The position numbers and the translations under genes are program-made. From the NCBI RefSeq assembly GCF_009914755.1, contig NC_060925.1: DNA of 64,000 nt; one strand, written 5' to 3'. This document shows positions 43,201-57,451 of this stretch, piece after piece (positions within the stretch are counted from its first letter, which is position 1; each line of letters begins with the position of its first letter). The stretch comes from the human T2T-CHM13v2.0 reference genome, Homo sapiens. Below the pieces are notes generated by a model. It made no database searches and was not told the DNA's origin. It worked only from the letters and a program-made list of their open reading frames with translations.

Positions 43201-46200
43201 TGACTGAATTGAGTTATAGGAGGAATATAGATAAATTTGGTGGTTCTACAGTCATTTGTTGGTACAACTCTGTTACAGCATTTATCCTGGTCTGTCTTGT
43301 ATTATTATTACTTGTATGTGTCTCTCTCCACTACTAGATCGTGAGTTACTGTAGAGCAGAGGCCATGATTGTCTCATATGTCTTGGTAACTACTTCAAAT
43401 TTATTTAAAATGACTGGGCATCCCTTTTTTAAAGTTGTCTTTATTTCATAGTACCTGACATGGTATCTTGTACATAGTAGATAGGTGCTTAAAATGGAGC
43501 CCAAGCCTCACAGGACTAGTTGTCCTTGAAGAAGGTGGTGTTTCAGCCCATGTCCCAGCTCTTCTCTTGCTGAACTTAGCAGGGATTTGGGACCTAGTAA
43601 TTAAATAGCTGAGAAGCCAATATTCATCCTGTCATCCTCTGAGAAGCATGTTGGTAGCAGAGTGCATTATATTAATACATGGTAGGAGGTACGAGCATAG
43701 CAATGAGACTTGGGATTTGGCTTAGGCTTGCCATAGCCCAAGAAATGCTGAGGGGAGATTCATGTTGGTAAGGTCGAAATAGCATTGGACTAGAAGTAAA
43801 AAAAAAGTCTGTGTTGTACTTGGCTGTGCTACTATCTTTGTGACTTTTGACAAGTAACTTATGCCCCTGAGCCTCAAATTCTTCATTTACATTATGGTGA
43901 CAACAAGTTTCAAGGCCATTTGCCACCTATAATCTGAAGATGGGAAATTTACTTTACCCAAGCTCTAATGAATTCAGTTGAGATAGTTACTGAATTTTTT
44001 CCCCTGAGCTATTTGACTAATTATTCTTGGGACACCAGGCAGACTGCGTGATCATCTATGGCAGGTGTGATTGCACCCTAGGAGACACAGTGATGAAAAC
44101 ACCTGGTGCTAGAAATCTGAAACAATGCCTAAACAGTTGAGTGCATCCATTCTGGAGCATATTAACCTTTCCTTTTGGGAGAGGCCAAATTAAGGTCTAT
44201 TATATTACCTCTAAAGACCATAATGTGACACTGGAGCTTCAGGATTGAAAAGTGAGATTGTCTTAATTTATAGCAGTGAGGTGAATTTGGCTCTAACTTC
44301 CAGATTTATTTATTTATTTATTCACTTATTTATTTATTTATTGACAGAATCTTGCTCTGTCACCCAGGCTGGAGTGCAGTAGCATGATCTTGGCTCACTG
44401 CAACCATGACCTCCTGTGTTCAAACGATTTTCGTGCCTCAGCTACCCAAGTAGCTGGGATTACAGGCATGTGCCGCCATGCCCAGCTAAATTTTGTATTT
44501 TTAGTAGAGATGGGGTTTCACCATGTTGGCCAGGCTGGTCTCGAACTCCTGGCCTCAAGTGATCCACCTGCCTCAGCCTCCCAAAGTGCTGGGATTATAG
44601 GTGTGAGCCACTGTGCCTGACCCAGATGCTACTTTTAAGTTTGTTGGATGATTATGTTCTTTAATAATGTTGTTACACAGTATGAGACTTTTCAGCCCTC
44701 TTTCTAGAACTGTGGAACAAAAGCCAAAGTGCCTTCAGTTGGTCCAGAAAGAAGCGATTTGCTTTTATTTCAATTAAAAATTGGGAGACTTATCTTTATT
44801 ATGTGGCCCTCTTTTACAAAGAACAAATTGCTTTGTAAACTCAGGTAAGCACTTTTTATCTCTGATCTCTACGTTCCTCATTTGAAACATGGTAGAACTG
44901 GACCAGCTAATCTCTGAAGTCATTTCTTTGGCTCTACCTTGCCTTAATTTTAAGCATCTGTGTGATTGTACTGTTTCTTTGGGACTCTCTGGTTCCTAAC
45001 CCAGCATAACATGTTCATTAGTATAAAACATGAGTTTAGAACTTTTGGTTCGTAACCCATTCTTCATGTTTTGTCTTGGAGAGTTAATTCAAGTGCTCCG
45101 TCCGATGTCTCCATTAAAAAATGAGAATGAAAGTTTTTATCTATTTCCATCCTAACATTGAAGTGAGTAATGATGATATTTGGTTAAGTATAAGGCACTG
45201 GACTAGGGAGTCAAGGGACCGAGGTTCTATCCCTAACTTTTTTTCTTTTTTTTTTTTTTTTTTTGAGATGAAGTATCGTTCTTGTTGCCCAGGCTGGAGT
45301 ACAATGGCGCCATCTTGGCTCACTCAACCTCTGCTTCCCAGGTTCAAGTGATTTTTCTGTCTCAGCCTCCCGAGTAGCTGGGATTACAGACGCCCACCAC
45401 CAGACCCAGCTAATTTTTGTATTTTTATTAGAGACAGGGTTTCACCATGTTGGCCAGGCTGGTCTCGAACTCCTGACCTCAGGTGATCCACCTGCCTCGC
45501 CCTTTCAAAGTGCTAGGATTACAGGCATGAGCCTCCGTGCCTGGCCTCCCTAACTCTCAAGTAGTTGTGTGCCTTCCTACCAGTCACTAATCTTTTTGTG
45601 CTTCAGTGTCTTAGACTGTAAATTATTGAAAAGCTACACTTTGTTGAATGTCCATTATGTGCTACATACCTATGTCAGTCACTTTATGTACATCATTTGT
45701 TATCTGCAGCAGCAAAGTGAGAACAAATGGGAACTTAGGCCCTGAAAGGCAAGTTGTGTGCAAGATCCTACAGGTGGGAAATGGCAGAGCTAGGATTAGA
45801 AGCCACATCTTTCACTCCAAAGCATGTTCACTTTCTATACCTATACTGTTATTTTTTTTTTTTAAAGCTTTTTTAGAGATGGGTCTTGCTATGTTATCCA
45901 GGCTGGATTCAACTCCTGGCCTCAGGCCACGCTCCAGCCTCAGCCTCTGGAGTAGCTAGGACTACAGGCACGTTGCACAGCACCCAGATACACCTATACT
46001 ATTCCACTTCATTTGCAACATAAGGATCTACTGTATATGCTTTCTAGGATTGTTGCTAGGAATAGATAGGATATCAAATACCACATTGCTTTTGGCCATT
46101 AGAATTTTATAGTTAGAGGGGACCTATGAGCAGCTCTAGTGTAATTAAGACTCCGGATTCAAATCTCAGCTCTGCTACTTATTTAGCTTTGGACCTCCGA

Positions 46201-47330
46201 TATGTTACTTAATCTCTTCATGCATCTTTTTGTCATCTATTGGATGGGAATAATAGTACCAACTCTGTACAGTGACATAAGGATTATGCAAAGCATTTTG
46301 AATATTATTTTGCATATAGTGAGTATTCAGTATATATTAGTAAATAGCAGTGCAGTCAGGATTGTTTTATTTACTCCCCTTGTTTTAGTTATGGTGAAGC
46401 TGAAACAGTGCTCAAGATGAAGCAGCTAATTGAAGACACTGAAAAGAATAAAGTTTATGTATGTAAGATTATATTGAATATTTTACAAATAATCATTTAG
46501 TGTTAAATTCAGCATATAGTGACAACATTACCCTCGATCCACAGGTTGGGGGATGGGGTAGGCTACAGGGGGAAGAGAGAGCTAGAGCCTAGGTTAATGA
46601 TTTATCTGGCAAGGGTTCTGGGCCTTTCATCACTAACATTTATTGGTTGCCTATTACATAGACCCATCAAGCCTCTAACTTCATCTTAGACAACTCTGCA
46701 GAAGACTGAGGGGACAACTCTTTCTCTCTGATTAGATCTTTTCAGGTTCTGTCAGATGTGTATGTATTGGCTTTTTATCTAGTTGTCTTGATGAAACCCA
46801 AGACTCAGACTTGGAGTTAAATGTAACAGGCTGTATGCTCTGGTTTGATTTGAAGTTCAGGTATGAGGGGAGGAATGCCCTGTGTGATCCATCCCAAATT
46901 TATTAAAGTTCTCTGTATTGGGTTTGGAGGCCTCAGTCCTAGCTAATATAAAATATAACTTTATTACCTGGTTTTTTGCTTTTTGTTCCTTTTGTTCATG
47001 AAACTCCTCTGGTAATATCAATATGTTCCCTTTGTTCATGAAACTCTGTTGGTGATTTTACTAGGTATAGGATTTGGGTATTCCTCAGTATCATCACACC
47101 GTGTGATAACACTCTAATCTCCCAGTGTTTTTAATGTGTACACACATACCTGTCAGTCTAAATTTCAAAAAAAACCCAGAAAGAATGTTTGACAGAGCAT
47201 CATTTTTAGGCAGTTTTATAGCATACAGAGGCAGTCAATATGAAGTACAGATTTGGGGAGACTAGGTTAAATGCTACAGAAGAAAGATTCTCATGTATGT
47301 GACATTGATTTTTTTCCCCCATCTTTATAG

Positions 47331-47388
47331 GTTGCTATGGTGACAGACTATGGGGCCTTTATCAAAATCCCAGGCTGTCGGAAGCAAG
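47331..47388 (+). CDS. ZCCHC17: ZCCHC17 exon 3 (VAMVTDYGAFIKIPGCRKQG; S1 RNA-binding domain); gene continues right of the window
   Basis: Long pyrimidine tract + atag|GTT, donor AAG|GTAGG; 58 nt; S1-type YGAFI motif. Confidence 0.95.
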
Positions 47389-48524
47389 GTAGGAGTTTAT
47401 AACTTGAAATTCAGCCCTCTGATTCTACTCTCTGCTAACACTCCACCACCTCCTAATTATAGGCTGTACATTTTTCAGACAGTAGTTTTTCATTCCTTTG
47501 TTTTCTTTTTAATGTATAGATATGAATACAAGATGACAGTTCATTTTTAGCGGGCAGAGAATTGTGGTCTCTGACTCAGGAGGAAGACTGGGGTATAGCT
47601 AACTGGGTTTACTTCTGAAACCAGCTCCTCCTTAGACTTCACCTGTGACCCTAGGCAAATCACTTGACTTCTTTAGACACAGGATTTGCGGGAGGGCAAG
47701 CTACCTCTGTCTGAGGCTGACAGTGTGAGTTTTCTAGTAGATAGCGCATGAAATGGGAATAGTATTGCAAGTGATACAAACATATATAATATATATAATG
47801 TTTTAAGTTTTTTTCATAAAGAGGCGTCTGTTGAACATTTTTTTGAGAATCCTGTTATAAATCTATAATCTTATTTATTTACCAAAACTATGTTAAGCCG
47901 AAAAGGCAGGTTCCACAGACCGGTTGTCTGCCCAGAGTGATTTGGCTAGGTAGTGGCATAGCCAAGACTAGAACCCAATCCTTCTGATTCCTAGCCCCTG
48001 GATCTTTCTACTATATCACACTGCTGGTGGATCCAAAGATTCAACTTGCTAACTTCTTATGCTAAAATAAGGTTTAATTAAAGATTTTAACATTTTAAAA
48101 AAAGGCAACCATAAGAATACTAGAAGAAAATCTAGAAGAATATTTCACTACATGAAAATTAAAAACTTCACTGCAAAAATCATTGTAATCAGAGTTAAGT
48201 TTGGAAAAAGAATTTGTAGTACATATGATAAAGAGCTAATACAAAGGGGGTATTAGGAAAAGGTGCCAAGGATATGAAAAACAACTCACAGGATAAAAAA
48301 ATATTACTTGGTACTATAGTAAAAGATACTCATTCTCCGTATGACTAAAAAGTAACTTAGACTGGTAGATTCATATAATGGGATATTACTCAACAATACA
48401 AAGGAATGAGAATAAAATATTCATACATGCAACAACCTGGATCATCCCTCTCCAGAAATTATACTGAGTGAAAAAAGCTAATCTCAAAAGGTTATACACT
48501 TTATGATTCCATTTATATAACATT

Positions 48525-50095
48525 CTTATGTTTTACTTGAGATATGATTCACATACCACACATTTCACCTGCTTAAAGTGTACAATTCAGTGGTTTCTTT
48601 GGTATATTCAGAGTTTTGTGACCATCACCACGATCTACTTTGAGAACATTGTTGTCACCCCAAAAAGAAACCCTGTACCTATTAGCCATCACTCCAGATT
48701 CTCTCTATGCCCCCAGCTTTAGGCAATCATTATTCTACTTTGTCTCTGTATATTTGCTTATTTTGTACATTTCTTGTAAATGGAATAATGCAGTATATAG
48801 TCTTTTGTGACTGACTTCTTTCACTTAGCACGTTTTCAAGGTTCATCTGTTTTATAATATGTACTTAATTCTTTTTTATTGCCATTACAAATTTATTGCA
48901 GTTCCATCAGTTGATGGATATTTGGGTTGTTTCCACTTCTTTAGTATTATGAATAATGTTGCTATAAATATTTGTGTACAACTTTTTGTGTGGATATTTG
49001 CTTTCATTGGGTATATACCTGTGAGTGGAAATACTGGGTCATATGATAACTCCATGTTCAACTTTTTGAGAAACTGCCAAACTGTTTTTCCAAAGTGACC
49101 ACGCCATTTTACATTCCTACCAGCAATGTATGAGGGTTCTGTTTTCTTTACATCTTTGTTAACACTTGTTATTATCTTTCTGGGTATGGCCATCCTAATG
49201 GATGTGCACGGACATCTCATTGTGGTTTGAATTTCCCTAATAGCTAATGATGTTAAGTCTCTTTTCTTGGGTTTATTGGCCATTTGTATATCTTTTTTGG
49301 GGAAATGTCTATTCAAATCTGATATATTTTGGCTGTGTCCTCACCCAAATCTCATCTTGAATTGTAGTTCTCGTAATCCCCATGTGCTGTGGTAGGGACC
49401 AGGTGGAGATAATTGAATCATGGGGGTGGTTTGCCCCATCCTGTTCTCATCATAGTAACACAAGATCTGATGGTTTTATAAGGGGCTTCCCTTATAAAAC
49501 CATCATTCGCTGGGCACTTATTCTCCTTCCTGCTGCCCTGTGAAGAAGGATGTGTTTGCTTCCCCTTTCCCCATGGTTGTTAAGTTTCTTGAGGCTTCCC
49601 CAGCCATGCTGAACTGTGAGTCAGTTAAATCTCTTTCCTTGGTAAATTACCCAGTCTCGTATGTCTTTATTAGCAGTGTAAGAACAGACTAATACAAAAT
49701 CCTTTTCTTTTTTTGAGACAGAGTCTTGCTCTATTGCCCAGGCTAGAGTGCAATGGTGCAATCTTGGCTCACTGCAACCTCTGCCTCCTGAGTTCAAGTG
49801 ATTTTCATGCCTCAGCTTCCTGAGTAGCTGGGATTACAGGCATGTGCCACCACACCCGGCTAATTTTTAGTAGAGGCAGGGTTTTGCCATGTTGGCCAGA
49901 CTGGTCTTGAACTCCTGTCCTCCAGTAATCTGCCCTCCTCAGCCTCCCAGAGTGCTGGGATTAAAGGTGTGAGCCACCACACCTGCCTTTTCCCTTTTAA
50001 AAATAGGGTTATTTTTGTTTTTATTGTTGAGTTAGGTGTTTCTCATATATTCTGGATACTAGTCTCATATCAAATATATGATTTGCAAAGATTTT
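48525..50095 (-). mobile_element. L1MB-like 3' fragment, interrupted by THE1 and an Alu
   Basis: ORF 48885..49316 (-) gives a degenerate L1 ORF2 C-terminus (MNRHFPKKDIQMAN...TVWQFLKKL). Confidence 0.85.
49320..49696 (+). mobile_element. THE1-family solo LTR (MaLR)
   Basis: tgatat...ggctgtgtcc start, gactaataca end; exact 5-bp TSD AAATC on both sides. Confidence 0.88.
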
Positions 50096-50357
50096 TATGT
50101 AACATACTTGAAATGACAAAGTTATTTAAATGGAGAACAAATTATTTAATGGTTCACAAGGATTAAGAAGGGGAAGGAAGTAGCAATATGAAGGATCCTT
50201 GTGGTGAGGGACCTGTTCTGTATCTTAACTGTGGCAGTGTATACATGAATCTACACATGTAGTAAAATTACGTGGAACTAAATACATACACATACAGAAA
50301 CACAAATGAGTACAGGTAAAACTGGGGAAATCTGAACAAGAGCCAGTCGATTTTATC

Positions 50358-51440
<1,083 letters not shown>

Positions 51441-51516
51441 GTATCAATGCCAGCATCCTGGTTGTGTTAGTGTACTATAGTTTTCCAAAATGTCACCATT
51501 GGAGAAAACTGGATAA

Positions 51517-51747
<231 letters not shown>

Positions 51748-52197
51748 TAGCCAGGATGGTCTCGATCTCCTGACCTCATGATCTGCCTGCCTCGGCCTCC
51801 CAAAGTGCTGGGATTCCAGGCGTGAGCCACCGAGCCCGGCCTAGACCTCTGTATTATTTCTTTTGAGTGCAGATGAATGTACAATTATCTCAAAAATTTT
51901 TTTTCACATAGGGCAGCAAAGTTATCAAATATTTTTAAAAAATGATTTAAAACACTCCTAAAATCTTTGAGATTAATAAATATTTTAAAAGATTGCTGTT
52001 AATACCCAGTGTTAGAAATGGATACTTTTACTCTCTATCAGGAGCATAATTTCACAGACTTTGGCAATGCCTATTAACATCTTTTATGTGCTTATTACCC
52101 TTTAATCCAGAAATTCTTTGAAGAATTTAGTGTAAGTAGAGAATTACATAAATTATGTGCATCTGTTTTGTAGACTATGCAGATGATTGAAAGAATG

Positions 52198-52388
52198 ACT
52201 GTATTTCTAAGACATAATTATGCCTCATCTTACCAGAAAGATGCCATGGAAGGTTTTCATACAATTCCATCACACTGCTACCTGACTGATAACAGTTGTA
52301 AAACATCATTGATTATGAGAAGCACTCCAATTTCAGAGAGATTAAAGTGAGAGGAAAAGAAAGTGCATCTTAGAATCAATGAAACACA
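52198..52388. mobile_element. MER104-like DNA transposon fossil
   Basis: catcattgattatgagaagcac...gtgcatcttagaatcaatgaaa resembles the consensus as I recall it. Confidence 0.5.
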
Positions 52389-52411
52389 ATAAATGTCAGT
52401 TTACTGACATG

Positions 52412-54235
52412 AGCCAGGAGTGGTGGCATGCACCTGTAATTCCAGCTACTTGGGAGGCTGAAGTAGTAAGATCACTTGAGGCCAAGAGTTCGGGGCCAGG
52501 CTGGGCAACATAGCAAGACCCCACTGATGGCGATGGAGGCCTGTCTAGAGTGGCTGCTGCAAAGATGCCAGCCATAGTGGGGGCTGTGCGGCCAGGGCTG
52601 CATGTTCTATGGAGCTGGCAGGAGCCCTGCCCCCTTATGAGTTAGTGGGGTGGGAGCCCACCCTCATGGGTGCAGCTGCCGCCACCCAGCCCTGGCTGCA
52701 GACCCAGGCATCCCTGCACTCTTGGAGGTCCGGGAAGACCCCTTTCCCCCATAGTCTCAGAAGTGCCTGCTCCCACTGCCTGGACTCTCCAAGCTCCCGG
52801 CTCCTGCTCTGATTTTGGAGCAAAGTCGAAGCTGAGCCTGGGCACTATTGCAACCTGGCTGGGTTTGCACACCTTGGGGTGGTGCTGCCATGCCAGCTTC
52901 CTACCATCTTGGCCCCCTCTGGACTTTGGGTGCCAGTGAGCACAGGAGGGAGGCCAAAGGGGTGCTGAGGGTGGCTCAGCATGGGCCTGCAGGTGCCCCT
53001 GGGCACAGAACAACTGGGCGTCATGGACAACATGATTGATGGTGACAAGAGGCAGACAGGCTCCTGGGTGGAAAGGGGCAGGTCTCGGTGAAGCCGCACC
53101 TTCAAGCCAGGGATGGCCTAAAGCATAGGGGCCAGGCTGTCAGTTCCAGGTGGAGTCTGTGGCCCAGAGTGAGAACTTAAGGTGCTTTTCCTGGGCCTGC
53201 CCATGGACCAGTCAGCACACACTTCTGAAGACTGTAAAAATCCTGGACTCAGCCAGACTTGGGCAGACACTGGGAGGACTTGCCTGTGGAAATGGGTTAC
53301 CCACACTGGGTCTCCTCTCCGTCAAGGGCTGCAGATGTTGGGATGACCTGCCTGCAGATAAGAGCTGCCCATTCTGGGTCTCCTCTCTGCTAAGAGCTGC
53401 ACTCAACAGGTTGACCTGCCTGTGGAAAGGAGCTACCTACTTTGGGTCTCCTGAGAGCTGTACCATCACTCAATAAAGCAACTCTTTGCCTTGCTTACCC
53501 TCCAGTTGTCTGCTTACCTCATTCTTCCTGGATGCAAGACAAGAACTTGGGACCCGTTGAATGGCGGGACTGAAAGAGCTGTAACAGATCCAAGGGCTCC
53601 CTGAGCCAGAGCTGTGACACCTCTTTGGGGCTTTATGGTTCCTGGCCTCTCCAAGCTTCTGGGCACCACCATGTTCCCCAGAGTCCACAGTGGAAGCCGC
53701 TTGTGGTATGCCTGGTCCATCCACAGCCTCACATGGAGCTGGTGCCTGTGCCAGCACCTGGAGCTGCCTGCCCAGCCACAGCAGCCAGTGTGCCTGGCTG
53801 TGCACAGTGGCTGGACCCCATGCTCACTCACTCATGCATCCCTCGCCACTCCGAGCCTGGCTCGCCCTTGGCAGGTGTGGGATCTGGGACGGCAGCATGA
53901 GCCAAGCGCAGCCCATTAGACCAAGTGGATGGAACAGGCCTAGTGGCCCCAAGCAAAGCTGAATGCAGCCTGCCAGGCCAAGTGGGCAGAACGAGCCCAG
54001 CAGGTCCAAGCAAAACTCGGGCAAAGGTGCTGCTGGCCACAGCAGCTTCTGGCTGGAAAAGTGACACCTGAAGAATCTTGTGACACCATCTTTACAAAAA
54101 GTTAGCTGGGTGTGGTGGCAGAAGGATCACTTGGGCCCAGAAGTTAGAGGCTGCAGTGAGCTATGATTGTGCCACCGCACCCCAGCCTGGGTAAGAGTAA
54201 GACCCTGTCCCTTAAAAAAAAAAAAAAGAAAAAAC
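52412..54235 (+). mobile_element. Old Alu (AluJ-like) split by the MER52 LTR
   Basis: Left arm ends ...gcaagacccca at about 52523; resumes ccatctttacaaaaa at 54086; A-tail at about 54214-54234. Confidence 0.8.
52525..54085 (+). mobile_element. Solo ERV1 LTR, MER52 family (about 1.56 kb)
   Basis: TG...CA termini; 4-bp TSD CCAC/CCAT; GC-rich; AATAAA at 53472; ends resemble MER52A; splits an old Alu. Confidence 0.8.
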
Positions 54236-55347
54236 TAACATGGAAAGAAGTCTAAGATAATAAAATTTAAAAACATGTTGCAGAAGACTTTGTATAGCAT
54301 CTCTCTTCCCCTTTTAAAGCAAGTGTGCATATGCCTTTAATATCTTTTTTCTTTATATAGTTTAAATTACTGCCTATGTTTAGAAGAAAGGCTGGAGGAA
54401 TATTCAACAGATTAACAATGGTCACTTCTGGGGAGTTGGTTTTGCTAAGGAAGGGATGTACATGGAAGAGGGACTTTGACTTCTGGAAATTTTTTTTAAG
54501 TTTTTTCTGTTAAAAAAAAAATCCAAGAGGTGATCTTTGGATAATAAATCCATGCCTCTAACCTTGTAGACTACTATTCTGCAAATTGCATCTTTGCTTA
54601 AGAAATGGTTTACCAGCAGTTTTCAAGCTGGCAGTCAGCAGTCTGTAATTAAGTTTCTCATTTTATGTTGTCTGGAATTTAATGACATCGAACTCTTCCC
54701 CACCCCACAGGACATTCATCTCTTTCTGTCTGAGCACAGGTTTTCTTGTTAGTATAGTTGCCATAGCTGCCAGTGCCTGAAAGTCCCATTCTAATTTGGG
54801 CATATGTGACACTTTGGGGACTGTGTGGGATTAAAGGCCTGTGACCTTCCAGCAGTCAATCTTCAACTCATTTTATCCATACCCTGTCAGGTGATGCCTC
54901 TGATTGTGGCTGACAGCTTACAAGTGAATCTGTCAGTCTGACAGCTGGGCTGAGGCAAGCCTCAGAGGGAGAGCTCAGGGAGCCAAATAATTAGGTGGAA
55001 ACTCTGTGAGTTTTAATCCTGAGATCTATAGGTTTATTGGATAACTTGAGCAATTGACTTCCTTACAGTGTATCTTAGTTTCTCTGCCCATAAAGAGGGA
55101 AGATTATTAAGTCTCAGCCTGAAAGGACTGAGTTAGAAAATAACTCTGGTCTGATCAGGTCTTAACATCTTTGGCTCAGGTAGGTAGATTCTAATTTGAG
55201 CTGGTTTCCCAGATGTCATGTTCTCAGAATACTTCAGCCACCACTGAGTTGAAGACCCCTTCCTACTATTCAAACCTAAGCTAGATTTTCTTTCCCCTCT
55301 CATAGTATTATCCAATATAACTTTCTGTGATGATGAAAATATTCCTT

Positions 55348-57451
55348 ATGTTCTCTGATTTGTTTCCTGACACCAACCAACTCCCCAATTCTCTGGACAC
55401 CAACTGGGTGTCCAGTGACTCAGTTCAATTCTGACATTATTTATCTGGAGCTTGTGTTAGATCTCACAAATTTAAGGGACTCAGTCCCACAAAATTTCCC
55501 CCATTTCAGATGCCAGCTGCAAGTCCTGGGCCACTTGTACTTCTGACCAATCAGCTGTAAACAGGGGTTCCATGACCACCTACTTAGGTTTGAGACTTTG
55601 CCAGAATGGCTTACAGAAGTCAGGAAAACACTTTACAGTAGTCCCCACTCATCTGTGCCTTTACTTTCCACGGTTTCAGTTACCCTAGGTCAACTGAGGT
55701 TTGAAAATATTAAAGGGAAAATTCTAGAAACAATTCATAAGCTTTAAGTTGCAGTTGCAGTGTGATGAAATCTTGTGCTGTCTTGCCACATTCCATCTGG
55801 GACTTGAATCATCCCTTTGTCCATCCACACTGTGTACGCTACCCACCCATTAGTCCCTTAGTAGCCTTCTCAGTGATCAGATCGACTGCTGTTGCAGTGC
55901 TTGTGTTCCAAGTAACCCTTATTTTACTTAATGGCCCCAAAGTGTAATACTAATGCTGGCAATTTTGATATGCCAGAGAGAAGCCATAAAGGGCTTCCTT
56001 TAAGTCAAAAGGTAAAAGTTCTCAACTTAATAAGGGAAAAACAGGGACCCCTAGAGGGGGGACTGAGGAAGGGGGAGAATGGTTGAAAAATTTAACTTTG
56101 AGTACTATGCTGAGTACTACTGTAACGGGATGATTAATATCCCAAACCTCAGCATCATGCAGTGTACACAGATAACAAACTTGAACATATGTACCCCCGG
56201 AATCTAAAATAAAGGTTAAAAACAAATTAAGGAAAGAAAACGTAATCCTGTCCTGTGGTTGCTAAGATCTACCCTAAGAATGAATCTTCTGTGTGTGAAA
56301 TTGTGAAGAAGGAAAAATTCATACTAGTTTTGCTGTCGAATTTCTAACTGCAAAAGTTACAGCAACAGTGTGTGATAACTGTTCTTACAGTATGTTGTTA
56401 TGTTATTATTGTTAATCTATTTCTGTGCTTAATTTATAAATTAAGCTTCACAGCCAGGCATGGTGGCTCACACATGTAATTTCAGCACTTTGGGAGGCGA
56501 GGTAGGTGGATCGCTTGAGCTCAGGAGTTTGAGACCAGCCTGGGTAACATGGTGAAACCCCATCTCCACAGAAATACAAAAATTTACTGGTCATGGTGGT
56601 GTGTGCCTGTAGTCCAAGCTACTTGAGGGGGCTGAGGGGGTTGTTTGAGCCTGGGAGGCAGAGGTTGCAGTGAGCCGAGATCATGCCACTGCACTCCAGC
56701 CTGGGTGACAGAACAAGACCCTGTCTCAAAAATAAATAAATAAATAAATAAAAATTAAACTTTATCTTAGGTGTGTATGTATAGGAAAAACATAGTATGT
56801 ATAGGATTCAGTACTATTCTTTGCCAGTTTATTATAAAGGATACAACTTAGGAACAGCCAAATAATTGAAGAGATACATGGGGTAGGGTATGGCTGGAGT
56901 GGAGTGGGATCGGGTAAGGTGTGGTGGGGAGCTTTCATGCTCTCTGGTATGCCACCCTCCCAGCACTAGGATGTGTTTGCCAACCCAGAAACTACAAATC
57001 TCATGTATGGGAGTTTTTATAGAGCTCAGTCTCTAGCTCCCAACCCTCCTCTTTCTTCCTAGAAGTAGGAGATTGGTGGGTGGGATTGAAAATTCCAGTC
57101 CTCTAAGCCAGCATGGTGGTGAGCACCTGTAGTTCCAGCTACTTGGGAGACTGAGACAGGGGGATCAGTTGAGCCGTCCAGGAGTTTGAGTCCAGCCTGG
57201 GCAATATGGCAAGATCCTGTCTCAAAATAGAAAAAGTTCCAGCCCTCTGATCGCTTGGTCTTTCTGGTGACTAGTCCATCCTGAGGCTATCTAGGGATCC
57301 CACTCTGTCACCTCATTAAAATAAACTCAGGTATAATCAAAAGGGGCTTACTATGAATAACAGAATACACTCCTATCACTTAATAAATCCCAGGAGTTTT
57401 AGAAGTTCTTTGACAGGAAAATGGACAAATGTATTTTTGTATTATACTACA
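55348..57451. mobile_element. Second MER21-like LTR hosting nested insertions
   Basis: Clearly homologous to 50358-51440 at both ends (caccaaccaa...ttcaattctgaca; gctatctaggga...tcacctcatta). Confidence 0.68.
55636..56820 (+). mobile_element. MER44/Tigger7-type element interrupted by an L1 3' end (about 56040-56230) and an Alu (about 56452-56753)
   Basis: TA|cagtagtcccc...tttccacggtttcagttaccc start; homologous to the reverse complement of 34120-34857. Confidence 0.72.

Noticed and set aside
48885-49316. 143-aa L1 ORF2-like peptide
   Set aside because: Short degenerate fragment of an old L1, cut by a THE1 insertion; cannot be an active element
52609-54067. Dense overlapping ORFs on both strands
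   Set aside because: All lie within the GC-rich MER52-type LTR; no gag, pol or env motifs
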